In this document: in pieces, positions 28,035 to 38,879 of the stretch
Layout: every line of letters starts with the position of its first letter
Numbering within the stretch: the stretch's first letter is position 1
Notes under the pieces: generated by a model
Databases searched by the model: none
Told to the model about the DNA's origin: nothing
Seen by the model: the letters and a program-made list of their open reading frames with translations, nothing else
Origin: Octopus vulgaris
Lineage: Eukaryota
Reading direction: 5' to 3'
NCBI GenBank assembly: GCA_951406725.2
Contig: OX597834.1
Location: 34,100,001 to 34,164,000 of the forward strand
DNA length: 64,000 nt
Translations under genes and position numbers: made by a program

Positions 28035-28395
28035 TACCACCACCACCACCACCACCACTACCATCACCACCACCACCACCATCAACATCACCACCACCAC
28101 TATCAACATCACCACCACCACCATCAACATCAACATCACCACCATCAACATCACCACCACCACCATCACCATCAACATCACCACCACCACCATCATCATC
28201 AACATCACCACCACATCAACACCAACATCACCACCACCACCATCAACATCACCACCACCACCACCACCACCATCACCACCACCACCATCACCATCAACAT
28301 CACCACCACCACCACCACCACCATCAACATCACCACCACCACCACCACCACCACCATCGCCACCACCACCACCATCATTGTTGTCATCATCACCT
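28035..28395. repeat. (CAC/CAT)n trinucleotide tract
   Basis: Direct inspection; similar tracts at 8205-8510, 26462-26560 and 33160-33360. Confidence 0.95.
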
Positions 28396-28974
28396 TAACC
28401 TCCATTTTTTCCTTGCTTGCATAATAGTTCAGGACAGAATTTACTGAAGCTGATTTTCTAAAGCCAGATGCCCTTTCAGTGACCCCAAAACATTTCCCTG
28501 TTTCCAAGGAAGGAAAGGTTATATTTGCCCCATGGCCAGATATGTTTATTTTTTTCTCACAGAAGATTCGGAACAAACAACACCACTTGTATGACAGTGA
28601 CGCTCATTTACAATTGTCATGTACGCATGAACACACACACCCCATGCATACATGCATGAATGAATATATATACAAGCATACATATAATAATCCTTTCTAC
28701 TGGAAGCACAAGGCCCCAAATTTGGGGTAAGGGATTAAGTCGATTACATCGACCGCAGTGCGTAACTGGTACCTATTTAAACAATCTCAAAAGGATGAAA
28801 GGCAAAGTCAACCTCAGAACGTAGCAATGGGCAAAATACTGCTAAGCATCTCATTCAGCGTGCTACCAGTTCTGCCAGCTCACCACCTTAATATTAATAA
28901 TAATAGTAATGATGATGAAGACGATGATGATGATAAATACTTGGGCAGTATCATTATATATATATATACTTTTT

Positions 28975-29375
28975 TTCTCTTTTACTTGTTTCAGTCATTT
29001 GACTGCGGCCATGCTGGAGCACCACCTTTAGTCGAGCAAATCGACCCCAGGACTTATTCTATGTAAGCCCAGTACTTATTCTATCGGTCTCTTTTGCCGA
29101 ACCGCTAAGTTACGGGGACGTAAATACACCAGCATCGGTTGTCAAGCAATGCTAGGGGGACAAACACAGACACACAAACACATACACACATACATATATA
29201 TATATATACATATATACGACAGGCTTCTTTCAGTTTCCGTCTACCAAATCCACTCACAAGGCATTGGTCGGCCCGAGGCTATAGTAGAAGACACTTGCCC
29301 AAGGTGCCACGCTGCGGGACTGAACCCGGAACCATGTGGTTGGTTAGCAAGCTACTTACCACACAGCCACTCCTG
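28975..29375 (-). mobile_element. tRNA-derived SINE (family A), near full length
   Basis: Reverse complement head ggagtggctgtgtggtaag...ccgggttcagtccc (A/B-box-like), body, tail gactgaaacaagtaaaaga. Confidence 0.85.
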
Positions 29376-30060
29376 ATTCTTTTACTTGTTTGTCATTTTG
29401 ATTGTGGCCATGCTGGAGCATTGCCTTAAAGAATTTTAGTCAAATGAATCAACTCCAGTACTTCATTTTTTAAACTTGGTACTTGTTCTTGTGGTCTCTT
29501 TAGCCAAACTACTAAGCTACAGGGACATAAACACACCAACACCAGTTGTCAAGCAGTGGGGGAGGGCAGGAACCAATACAGACGACACACACATGCATAT
29601 ACATGGCTTAATGGTTAGTGTGTTGCACTAACAATGTAGCGACCATAATTTCAATTCCTAGACCGGGTGGTGGATTGTGTTCTTGAGCAAAACACTTCAT
29701 CTCAGTTTGCTCTGCTACCACTTCAATGCCTGACACATGGTACACCATGCACTTATTTAGGCAACGTCAATTTAATGGAGAGAGTGAACTAATGTGTGAC
29801 ACGGACATTTGATCACTATAAACAAATCATTTGTGAAGGTCGTTCAGCAAATGCTGAACGCTCACACATAATCTTTAAGGGGAAAGTCCATCATATATAT
29901 ATATATAGTAGGCTTCTTTCAGTTTCCATCTACCAAATCCACTCACAAAGTTTTGGTTGGCTCAAGGTTATAGCAGAAGATACTTGCCCAAGGTGACATG
30001 CTGGGGAAGTGAACCCAGAACTATGTGGTTAGGAAGCAAGCTTCTTACCATACAGCCATG

Positions 30061-30097
<37 letters not shown>

Positions 30098-30177
30098 TGC
30101 CCTCTTGTTATTGAGTATGGCCATTGTTCGAAGCCTAACTGTTATTGGTGCTGTGATCGAATGTGACTTTTTTGCCC

Positions 30178-30231
<54 letters not shown>

Positions 30232-30317
30232 AAGGGTGAAAAGGAACACACGAGTTGATATATATATGAAAAAACAAGTCAAGATAGAAAATGCTAAAAT
30301 AATTTTATAAAGAACAT

Positions 30318-30360
30318 TTCAGTACTGGTTTCTGTCATTTTGAGACCTTTTCAACTGTAA
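30318..30360 (-). ncRNA. Mutated inverted copy of the same hammerhead motif
   Basis: Reverse complement reads CAG-UUGAAAA-GGUC-ucaaaau-GACA-GAAA-CCAG-UA-CUG; two substitutions break the stem II closing pair and the stem III palindrome. Confidence 0.6.
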
Positions 30361-30516
30361 CGATTAAATAATTAAATTTAGAAAAATTAAAAGAAAAGTT
30401 TTTTTAAAGGAATATTTGTAGTGTTCACATATAAGTGGCATTTTCCTTGTTTCTGCCTTGTTCTGTCTCTCAAAAAAACTTTTCTTTTAATTTTTCTAAA
30501 TTTAATTATTTAATCG

Positions 30517-30560
30517 TTACAGTTGAAAAGGTCTCAAAATGACCGAAACCGGTACTGAAA
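30517..30560 (+). ncRNA. Minimal type-I hammerhead ribozyme motif, U3-A8 core variant
   Basis: uuaCAG-UUGAAAA-GGUC-ucaaaau-GACC-GAAA-CCGG-UA-CUGaaa: stem I CAG/CUG, 4-bp stem II, palindromic ACCGGU stem III, GUA cleavage triplet. Confidence 0.75.
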
Positions 30561-30605
30561 TGTTCTTTATAAAATTATTTTAGCATTTTTTATCTTGACT
30601 TGTTT

Positions 30606-30650
<45 letters not shown>

Positions 30651-31044
30651 CATACATATATATATATTATTCACAATTTATATCTTTATATTTATATAAA
30701 ATGCACTCAGAAACTGGGAGTTCCTGAGTCAATCTGGAACTTTGCCAATTATTAATAAAAGAATATACACATACTCATGTTTTGAGTTTATTTTCCTGTT
30801 TGTATCACAAAACTTTGTGTATTGGGAGCCATTTGGTGATTCACTACACTGTTACCCAGAATTTTACAATTTCACATAAGCTAAGCTTCGAGTAACAATG
30901 GAATGAATCACAAACAGATTCACAATAAATGAAAATTCTAGACTTATGTACTGAGTGTGGCTCTGTTTAGTTTGTAAATATAAACATGAGTGTGTATGTG
31001 TGCACATATATCTTTTACCAGTGTATATCAATGAGAGATGTATA

Positions 31045-31248
31045 TGAGGAGGTGCTGCAAAGTTCCTGGCTTTAAGGGGACCAGAAAAGTCTTAGTTGGA
31101 GGCTTTTTCTTTTACAGGGCTTAGAAAAACTGAAGGACCACAGCAATAAGTGTGTGAATCTGAGAGGGGAATATGTTGAATAGAATCACAATTAACTGAT
31201 CCTCTTGTATTTTCTTTTACCCAAAACCAGGAATTTTTCAGCACCACC
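31045..31248 (+). mobile_element. Non-autonomous mariner element (TIRs plus transposase C-terminus)
   Basis: TIRs ggtgctgcaaagttcctgg / ccaggaatttttcagcacc, TA flanks, peptide FTGLEKLKDHSNKCVNLRGEYVE*. Confidence 0.8.
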
Positions 31249-31396
31249 TATATATATATATATATAAACGATATTCTTTTTCTTTTAACTGAACACACAC
31301 ATATATATATATATATATGTTCAAAATGTGACCGCGTGTGTACCATTGGTGATTTTTTTTCCTGTCTTCCCTTCTCTGGATCTTTCCTTCTCCTAT

Positions 31397-31431
31397 GTTT
31401 CCGACGAAGAGCTCCGCTCGAAACGTTAAAC
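31397..31431 (+). ncRNA. Minimal hammerhead-like motif (U4C) in a TA-flanked insert (about 31318-31532)
   Basis: GUUU-CCGACGA-A-GAGC-ucc-GCUC-GAAA-CG-UU-AAAC: stem I GUUU/AAAC, stem II GAGC/GCUC, palindromic ACGU. Confidence 0.65.
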
Positions 31432-31531
31432 CCTCCTTCTTCCCTTCCTTCCTGAGCGTTCAATAATACTATATTTGTTCCACGTCCTCGCATTGTTGTT
31501 GTTTTTTTTGTGCTTTCTTGTTTGGATTAAC

Positions 31532-31566
<35 letters not shown>

Positions 31567-31584
31567 GCACACACACATATATAT

Positions 31585-31747
31585 GTTAAATAAAATGAGA
31601 CAACGAAGCCAAGGCTGTGTGGGATTTTCAGGACATTTATAAAGAGAAAGTCTAACTTCCTCTTTATAAATATAAGACTAACTTTCTATTTATAAATGTC
31701 CTGAAAATCCCACACAACCTTGGCTTCGTTGTCTCATTTTACTTAAC
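31585..31747. repeat. Foldback insert in a (TA)n context
   Basis: 67-bp arms 31585-31651 and 31681-31747 with about 3 mismatches. Confidence 0.85.
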
Positions 31748-31769
31748 ATATATATGATAAATAACTTCT

Positions 31770-32415
31770 GTTATTTATCAATTTAATAATGAATAGCTTA
31801 ATAATCAATCGGTGTTATGATCTACTACTTCTATAACCTGTCAGTTCAATAATCTATCAGTATAGCAGTCTATTAGATCAATAACCAATTCATTAATTTA
31901 TCAATACAATATCAGTTCTATAACCTATCAATTTAATAATGTATACCACAATAACCAATCAGCTCTATGATCTACCAGTTTGATAATTTATCAGTTCTAT
32001 AACCTGTCAGTTCAATAATCTATCAGTGAAACATAATATTAGTTCAATAACTTATCCATCAATTTATCAATATGATATCAGTTCAATAATCCATCAGTTT
32101 AATAATGTATAGCACAATAATCAGTTAGTGCAATAATCTACCAGTTTGATAATTTATTAGTTCTATAACCTATTAGTATAATGGTCTATTGGTTCAATAA
32201 CCAATCAGTTCATCAGTATAGTAATTTATTCATTCACTAATCAATCAGTACAGTACAATAATTTATCCATTCTATAAATTATCAGTTCAATAACCAGTGT
32301 TTCGTAATCTACCAGTTCAATAACCTATATGTTCTGTAATCTATCAGATCAATAACCTATATGTTCTGTAATCTATCAGATCAATAACCTATCTGTTCTG
32401 TAATCTGTCAATCTA
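31770..32415. repeat. Degenerate 16-17-nt minisatellite (ATCTATCAGTTCAATA-like)
   Basis: atcagtt(c/t)(a/t)ataa recurs at short regular spacing. Confidence 0.85.
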
Positions 32416-32847
32416 AACAGTGTTTGAAAAGAAGACTGAATGATCATGGTTTCATGACTGCAACACTTTTGGTCACAGATCTGTTGGAGGAAATTTGACC
32501 TAGGGCTAAACATTAACAAATTATTGTGATGGTGGTGGTGGTGGTGGTGATGGTGATGGTGGTGATGGCAGTGTTGGATGTTTGGTAACGTACCAAACCA
32601 GGGCAGCTGTGGATGCCAGAACCGTCGGAACATCAAGCTGGATGTCTTACTCCAGCTCTTTGCATTCTAGGTTCGAATCCCGACATGGTTTACTTGGTTC
32701 TTAGACCTAACCTCTCACCTGGATGACAACAACAGCAACAACATCACCACTTGCCAGAGGAAAAATAGCATCAAATCTCACTCTACTATCTTTAAAAAAA
32801 GGAGCAGGGGAGTGAGGTATGGACACATTTAACAGTATAGTCTAAGA

Positions 32848-33048
32848 CGGTGCTTTTCAAACTTTTTGCTGGAGCGGAACCCCAAGGAAACATTCCACTG
32901 GCTCGAGGAACCCCTGTGCAATAATTTAATAGTCTTATGCACATATATCTGCACAGGAGAATTAAAAATTACTGCCGATTTTAGCAGTTTTGTAACTTCT
33001 TGCGGAACCCCTGGACTGTACTGGCGGAACCCTGGTTGAAATCCACTG
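32848..33048. mobile_element. hAT-type MITE
   Basis: Perfect 8-bp TSD gtctaaga (32840-32847, 33049-33056); termini cggtgcttttcaa / ttgaaatccactg; subterminal ggaaccc repeats. Confidence 0.85.
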
Positions 33049-33736
33049 GTCTAAGACATAGTATGGCTGAATAAAAGAAAGGATAGCCACAGCTGGAATG
33101 TCAGGTTACCTACCTAGAGCTAACCAACAACAATTTTTATACAAACTCCCATGCATAAAGATGATGGTGATGATGATGGTGACGATGATGATGGTGACGA
33201 TGATGATGGTGATGATGGTGGTGGTGGGGATGGTGATGGTGGTGAATATGGAGGTGATAATGATAATGATGGTTGTGATGATGATGATTTTGATTGTGGT
33301 GATGATGCTAATTGTGATGATGATGATAGTTGTGATGACAATGATGATGGTGATGATAAAAATTGCAAGGACAATAACTGTGATACCTAAAACAAAAAAT
33401 AGAAAAGAAAAGTCAAAAAACAAAGAAACAAAAACAAACTCAAAAGAGTATGAAATAGAAGGGTTTCCATTTCTATATTTTATTGTAGAATTGGTTTGGT
33501 TACGAGAGTGTTCGGCTACACGGACTGAGGGAAGTTTGCATTGATCAGGAGACCAGACCGGTCAAGTGTTTTATGCCCTTAAATGACAAGCCAAGCCACC
33601 ACAGCTCACAGGAGACTACTTATAAAAAGACAGAGGCTAAATCATGTTGGCGGTGCACCAGCATGGCCACAGCCTGAGGGCTGAAACACATAAGAGGATA
33701 ACGATTAATGTTGTACATTAAAGCACATGGCTGAAG

Positions 33737-33866
<130 letters not shown>

Positions 33867-34714
33867 GGAGTAGAGGGTATGAAATTCATTCGTTCACATA
33901 TTGCTGGAAAAATACAAACATTGGTTTCTTTTTGTTCTTTTACTTGTTTTGTTCATTGGACTGTGGCCATGCTGGAGCATGGCACTCTGTGGAAAGGGTG
34001 TTTTTGTTTTTTGCTTTTTAGTCAAGCAAATTGATCTCAGCATTTGTTGTTTTTCTTGTTTTTATTTTGCTTTTTTTTTTTTTGTAAATTCTGGTGCTTA
34101 TTACGTTGATATCCTTTTGCTGAACCGCTATGCTATGAGGACATAAACAAAGCTATACAGGTTATCAAGCAAGAAGACACAAACAAGCATGCACACACAC
34201 ATTAATTCAAACATATATAGAGTGTATGTGCGTGTATGTGAGCATGTACGTGTGCTTGTGTGTATGTATGGCTTTGCCATTAAGAAGTTCTTGCAACTAT
34301 GTGACTTTGGGTTCAGCCCCATGGTATGGCATCTGGACAAATATCTTCTCTAACTGAGAATTGGTCAGTGCCTTGTTTAGTGAATTTAGTAGATGAGTTT
34401 CTGCAGTTTCAACCAACCAAATCCACTCACAAGGATTTGGTTAGTCCAGCAGGGCCTTATAGTCAAAGACATTTATCCAAGAAGACACTTTCCATGCAGT
34501 AGGATTGAACCTGCAACTAGATGGTTCTAAAATGAACTTCTTAACTATACAATAACACACATGAATCAATACATATACAGATACACTGTTAGAAAAAAAT
34601 CTCCCATCACTTTAGTTTGGGATTAACTGAAGAACTGAGATCAAAAGGACTTCATTCCACCCCCCACTTCCGGTCTTCAAGGCACATGATAAAAATCGGA
34701 AATAAAACAGAAGT

Positions 34715-36348
34715 TCAAAGATCATATTGTTTTGGAGTTTTGATTCTGCGAGTTCTTGTGGCAGCTACTGTAGATGACAAGACTGTTTTGGGTGTGGCTT
34801 TGTAAGATACAATGTTTGCTCTTGGTAAACCAATGCCAGTTCGTGAAGTAAGAGGATCGGTTAGAGAAGAAGAGTCTGAAGCAATGGTGGCTAGGGTTCC
34901 TACTGATGTTACCACTGTGGTGTTTGGGGAGGTGACTTGTTTCACTGGTTGACCTATGGCCACAGAGGATTTGATACTGCTGGAACTCATAAATGATGGC
35001 TGACCAGTTTGGACTGAAGTGCCAGCAACTTCAACAGTTCTGGTTTTAACAGATTCTAAGAGAGAAGAAACTCGCCCGAGCGGTTCGGATTTGGTTACTA
35101 AATATTCACCAACCGCATCGGACATCAACGATGTCTTAATGTTGCCAGTTGATGATGCACCTGAAGAGAGCATTGATGAAGACATGGGCAGAATAGAAGA
35201 AACTGCTGTTGTAGAAGTAAGGGAAGTGGAGTTGGTGGACTTGGCTATAGTTGTGATACCAGAAAGATTGTGAGAAGAAATGCTCCCACCGGCAGTCGTT
35301 AAATTGCCTCTGTTCAATGAAATATGAAGCGTTGTTTGTTTGCCGCTGGCAGATTCAGACAAAGCTTGTAACTTGCCTAAGTCTAATTGGGAATTGCACA
35401 GGATTTTTGCCTGGGTGATTGTTGGAGTGCCTGTGCTTTTAGTCAAAACTGCAGTAGTTAAAGGAAAGTCATGGAACTGTAGCTTCTGTATGGCCTGTAC
35501 CTTCTCTTGGTCTGGTGGGTTTATTTTAATGCCAGATGTGTTGCTGTTGTTGTTGCTGATTTGTTGAACAGATGTGAGTCCCGAGTTAGAATTGGCAGCT
35601 TTAGGTTTACCACTGGCTGTGGTTATTGGCTGACCAAGACTTAAAGTGGGACAGGTTGAAGTCTGACTAGCGCTGCTGCTGCTGCTGCTACTGCTTCCCT
35701 TTGCAGAGCAGACAGTGATTGATATTGGACTGCAGCTTGACTTAGCTATGGAGGTGAGAAGTTGCTGAATTTGTGGAGAAGAAGCAGCTGTGGTGATATG
35801 GACAGTGGTACCACGTGGACCAGTGTGCGAAACTGTGTAGATGGAACCCAAACCAGTGGGTAGGCTGATGTGCGAAGAGCTTGCTTGAGGAAGTTTAGTA
35901 AACAACTGTGCAGAAACAGGTTTGTTCAAAGAACTGCTATGCTTCTGCTCAGATAAAATTGATGAGGTCATGGGAGAAGCTGTAGAGACGATGCTTAGGT
36001 TTTGAGCTTCAGGTTTGGTGACTACTAAAGCTGTCTTTGGTTTTGTATCTAACTCACCGCCACTAGTTAAAGACTGTAGCTTGGAGTTAGTGAGGTAGCT
36101 TGCACTAGAAGGAGGACACTGTAAGAGACCGCTGAGCTCAGGAGCGCTGGAAACAACTGGAAGAAGAGTAGCAGGAGATGGTGAAGACGATGATACCGAA
36201 GGTGACCCAGCTGTAGACTTGAAAGTGGTCAAAGGTGGAGATGATGGGGATCCGTCTGCCAAGCGAAATATTCGCTTCTTGGTGTTTGAATCAAAAGCCA
36301 GTGAAACCGATGCCTGACGTTTCCGATGTGTCTGTCGACGTGCCACAA
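34715..36348 (-). CDS. KANSL3: KANSL3 terminal coding exon, 543 further codons of Ser/Thr-rich low complexity ending ...[14 protein letters not shown]
   Basis: The only long ORF in the window (34715-36409). The caatag acceptor at 36349-36350 gives the phase-1 entry needed by the upstream exon; TGA at 34715-34717. Confidence 0.85.
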
Positions 36349-38835
36349 CTATTGAGGAATAAAATGATAACATCAGAATCAAGAAGCAAAGGTTATTATA
36401 GTAATTCAACTGCTATCATGGCAAATATTTCATCATACCAAAGAGTAGCAGGAAAGTAACTTACATTTAATAAACTCCTCCACCTGTTGTTGAAGCATTT
36501 AATGCTCAGAGGCACATCTCTACATCTGTTACTTAGTTATATAATACAGGCAACTACACATGCACCTACATACAGGTAGACCCACCAACATCAATTATTT
36601 AATACCTACAAATAAAGACATCTAGTTATTTAATATACATACACCTAAATTTGTATTTAATCAGAGACACACCTACATCTGTTGCTGAGTAACTTAATTC
36701 AGATACATCTACCATCCAACCATTGCAGCATGGAAGGTGGACCTTAAAAGATGATGATATACACCTACTGCTCAATAATTTAACAGGGACACATACTTAT
36801 TTAATACACAGACATATCTGCTCAATTACACTGCGTAACAAAATTTTATTTATTTTTGTTTTTGGCTTTTAATTGCTGTTTCCTATTTGCTTCTATCAAG
36901 AAATGAAAGGAAATGACTACTACTACTGCCTTCAAACTTTGCTTTTCTGACCTGGGCGTCAATGTTTTGAAACTGACCTATTTTCCATTACATTTCTGAC
37001 AGATTTAGCTCTGAGCTACTGAAGCGGAAATATTGTTATAGCAAATATTCTGCGCAATACCACAAATTTACTTGTCAGGTGCTTGACCGTAACCAACTGA
37101 GCAGTGGCTGATAGTATGTGCGTCTCTGATCATGAACAGGAATAGAGGGGAAGGGGCATCATAGCCAAGTGTTCAGAGGGATTCTTTGGGGTTTGAATAA
37201 GTGTAACAAAAGCAAAGTTTGAGGTAAATATTAGCCATTTTTCATACTTTCTAGGGGTAAGCAAATAGGAAATAACAGTTGCTACCCAAGGGCAAAAATC
37301 ACATTATACAGTGTTATATATGAGACTAGATTCATCATTATCATCATTTTTGGTTTTGAAGATGACTTAAATTTCAGTAGAGACAAAACAAACACAAATC
37401 CAAACAATTTATTTCGTAATTTTATACTTTATAAATATTTATTTGCAGGATTTGTATTCTTCTGTCCATATCAGTGAGGGCTAGCTAGAAATTTTAAGGG
37501 CTCACCTTGAGTCTTAGCAGGTGAAAGTGGCTCAGCTATGCTCCCATCTGAAGACTCATCTCCTAATTTTGACTCTGCACTGTCTGATAGTTGTGGAGTC
37601 TGACGCATCACCTTCAATAACCGAGACACAGTCGCTCCCTTCGAAGCAGGTATAAATTTGGAATTCTGAAACAAACAAAAACGAAGGAATTATATGTAAA
37701 TGCTGAGCCATAATAGGTTTGCTAAAATTTGCTTCTACAATAAAAAAAAAAAAAACAACAAAAAATCCCCAAAGAGTCTGAAAAACTTAATGAAACACAC
37801 ATACCTTTTATACATTAAAAGCACTGGAAAGTCATTTAGAGAAAACAAAACAAAAAAATAAAAGCATATATTTCAATTAATGAACAAATTTGTTTTTATT
37901 TTCTAACTCATCAGTTCATTTAAATGGAAGGCAAGAAGGGGGGAAAAAAATTAAATTGTGTGAACAGAAAATTGTAGACAGGAAAGTTTTAAAATTAAAA
38001 TGCCATTATAATAGAAAATGAATATTCATATTAATCCTTTTGTCATTAAATTTTTCATGAATAGGAACCTTCATGTTTATGCTTTTTCCTTTTACTTGTT
38101 TGTTATTGGACTGCGACCAAACTGGAGCACTGCCATGAATAGCTATCATTTTATGCCCCTGTTTTTTTTTCCATTGGCAGAGGTTGGAAAGCTTTTCTGA
38201 GGTAATGGTTTACTCCCAGCTGCTCTTTCCTGCCATCAATTCTTTTAGTTGCCCCTTACAATATAGAGCAATGTAGTGAAACCAGAACATACACTCACTC
38301 ACTCACACACACATGCGCGTGCGTGTGTGTGTGTGTGTAGTCATTTGACTGTGGCCATGCAGGGGCACCACCTTGAGGGGTTTAGCCAAACAAATCAACC
38401 CCAATACTTATATTTTTATGCCTGGTAATTATAGTCTCTTTTGCTGAACAACTAAGTCACAGGGAATGCAAACAAACTATCACCCATTGTCAAGCAAAAG
38501 TATTTCTCCCAGCATTCACTATTTTCTTCTTGTTCTGGTCTCATGACACTCCATGTTTGTTTTCATTCAGTTTCCTTGTATGTCTCCACTGTCCTGTTTT
38601 TGTTCCCAACTTTGACCCTCCATGAATCCAAAATTTCATTTCGGAATTAATGGCAGCAACTGTTTTCGAAGACTTATATTGTTGTTGAATGCTCGAAATG
38701 AGGACTAAATAGACAGTTGACAACTGATGAAGGGTCATTCTGTGTTACTTGTCCTGTTTCCTATTTTTTCTTGTTTGCATAAACCCGTTTGTTTAAGTTC
38801 TTCAAGTTGTTTACACAGTTGGTAACGTCCTGCAC

Positions 38836-38879
<44 letters not shown>

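Larger units (their letters stand above)
30268..30609. mobile_element. Foldback element in a (TA)n tract, putative Penelope-like pseudo-LTR inversion
   Basis: 138-bp arms 30268-30405 and 30472-30609 with about 3 mismatches, 66-bp spacer, TA runs on both sides, hammerhead motif inside the arms. Confidence 0.7.

Noticed and set aside
27190-32415. Regularly spaced short repeats resembling CRISPR arrays
   Set aside because: The units abut with no unique spacers, there are no cas genes, and the context is eukaryotic: these are minisatellites.
36349-36409. N-terminal [19 protein letters not shown] of the 564-aa ORF read as a signal peptide of a standalone mucin-like gene
   Set aside because: This is intronic pyrimidine tract before a phase-matched acceptor; the ORF is better explained as the KANSL3 terminal exon.
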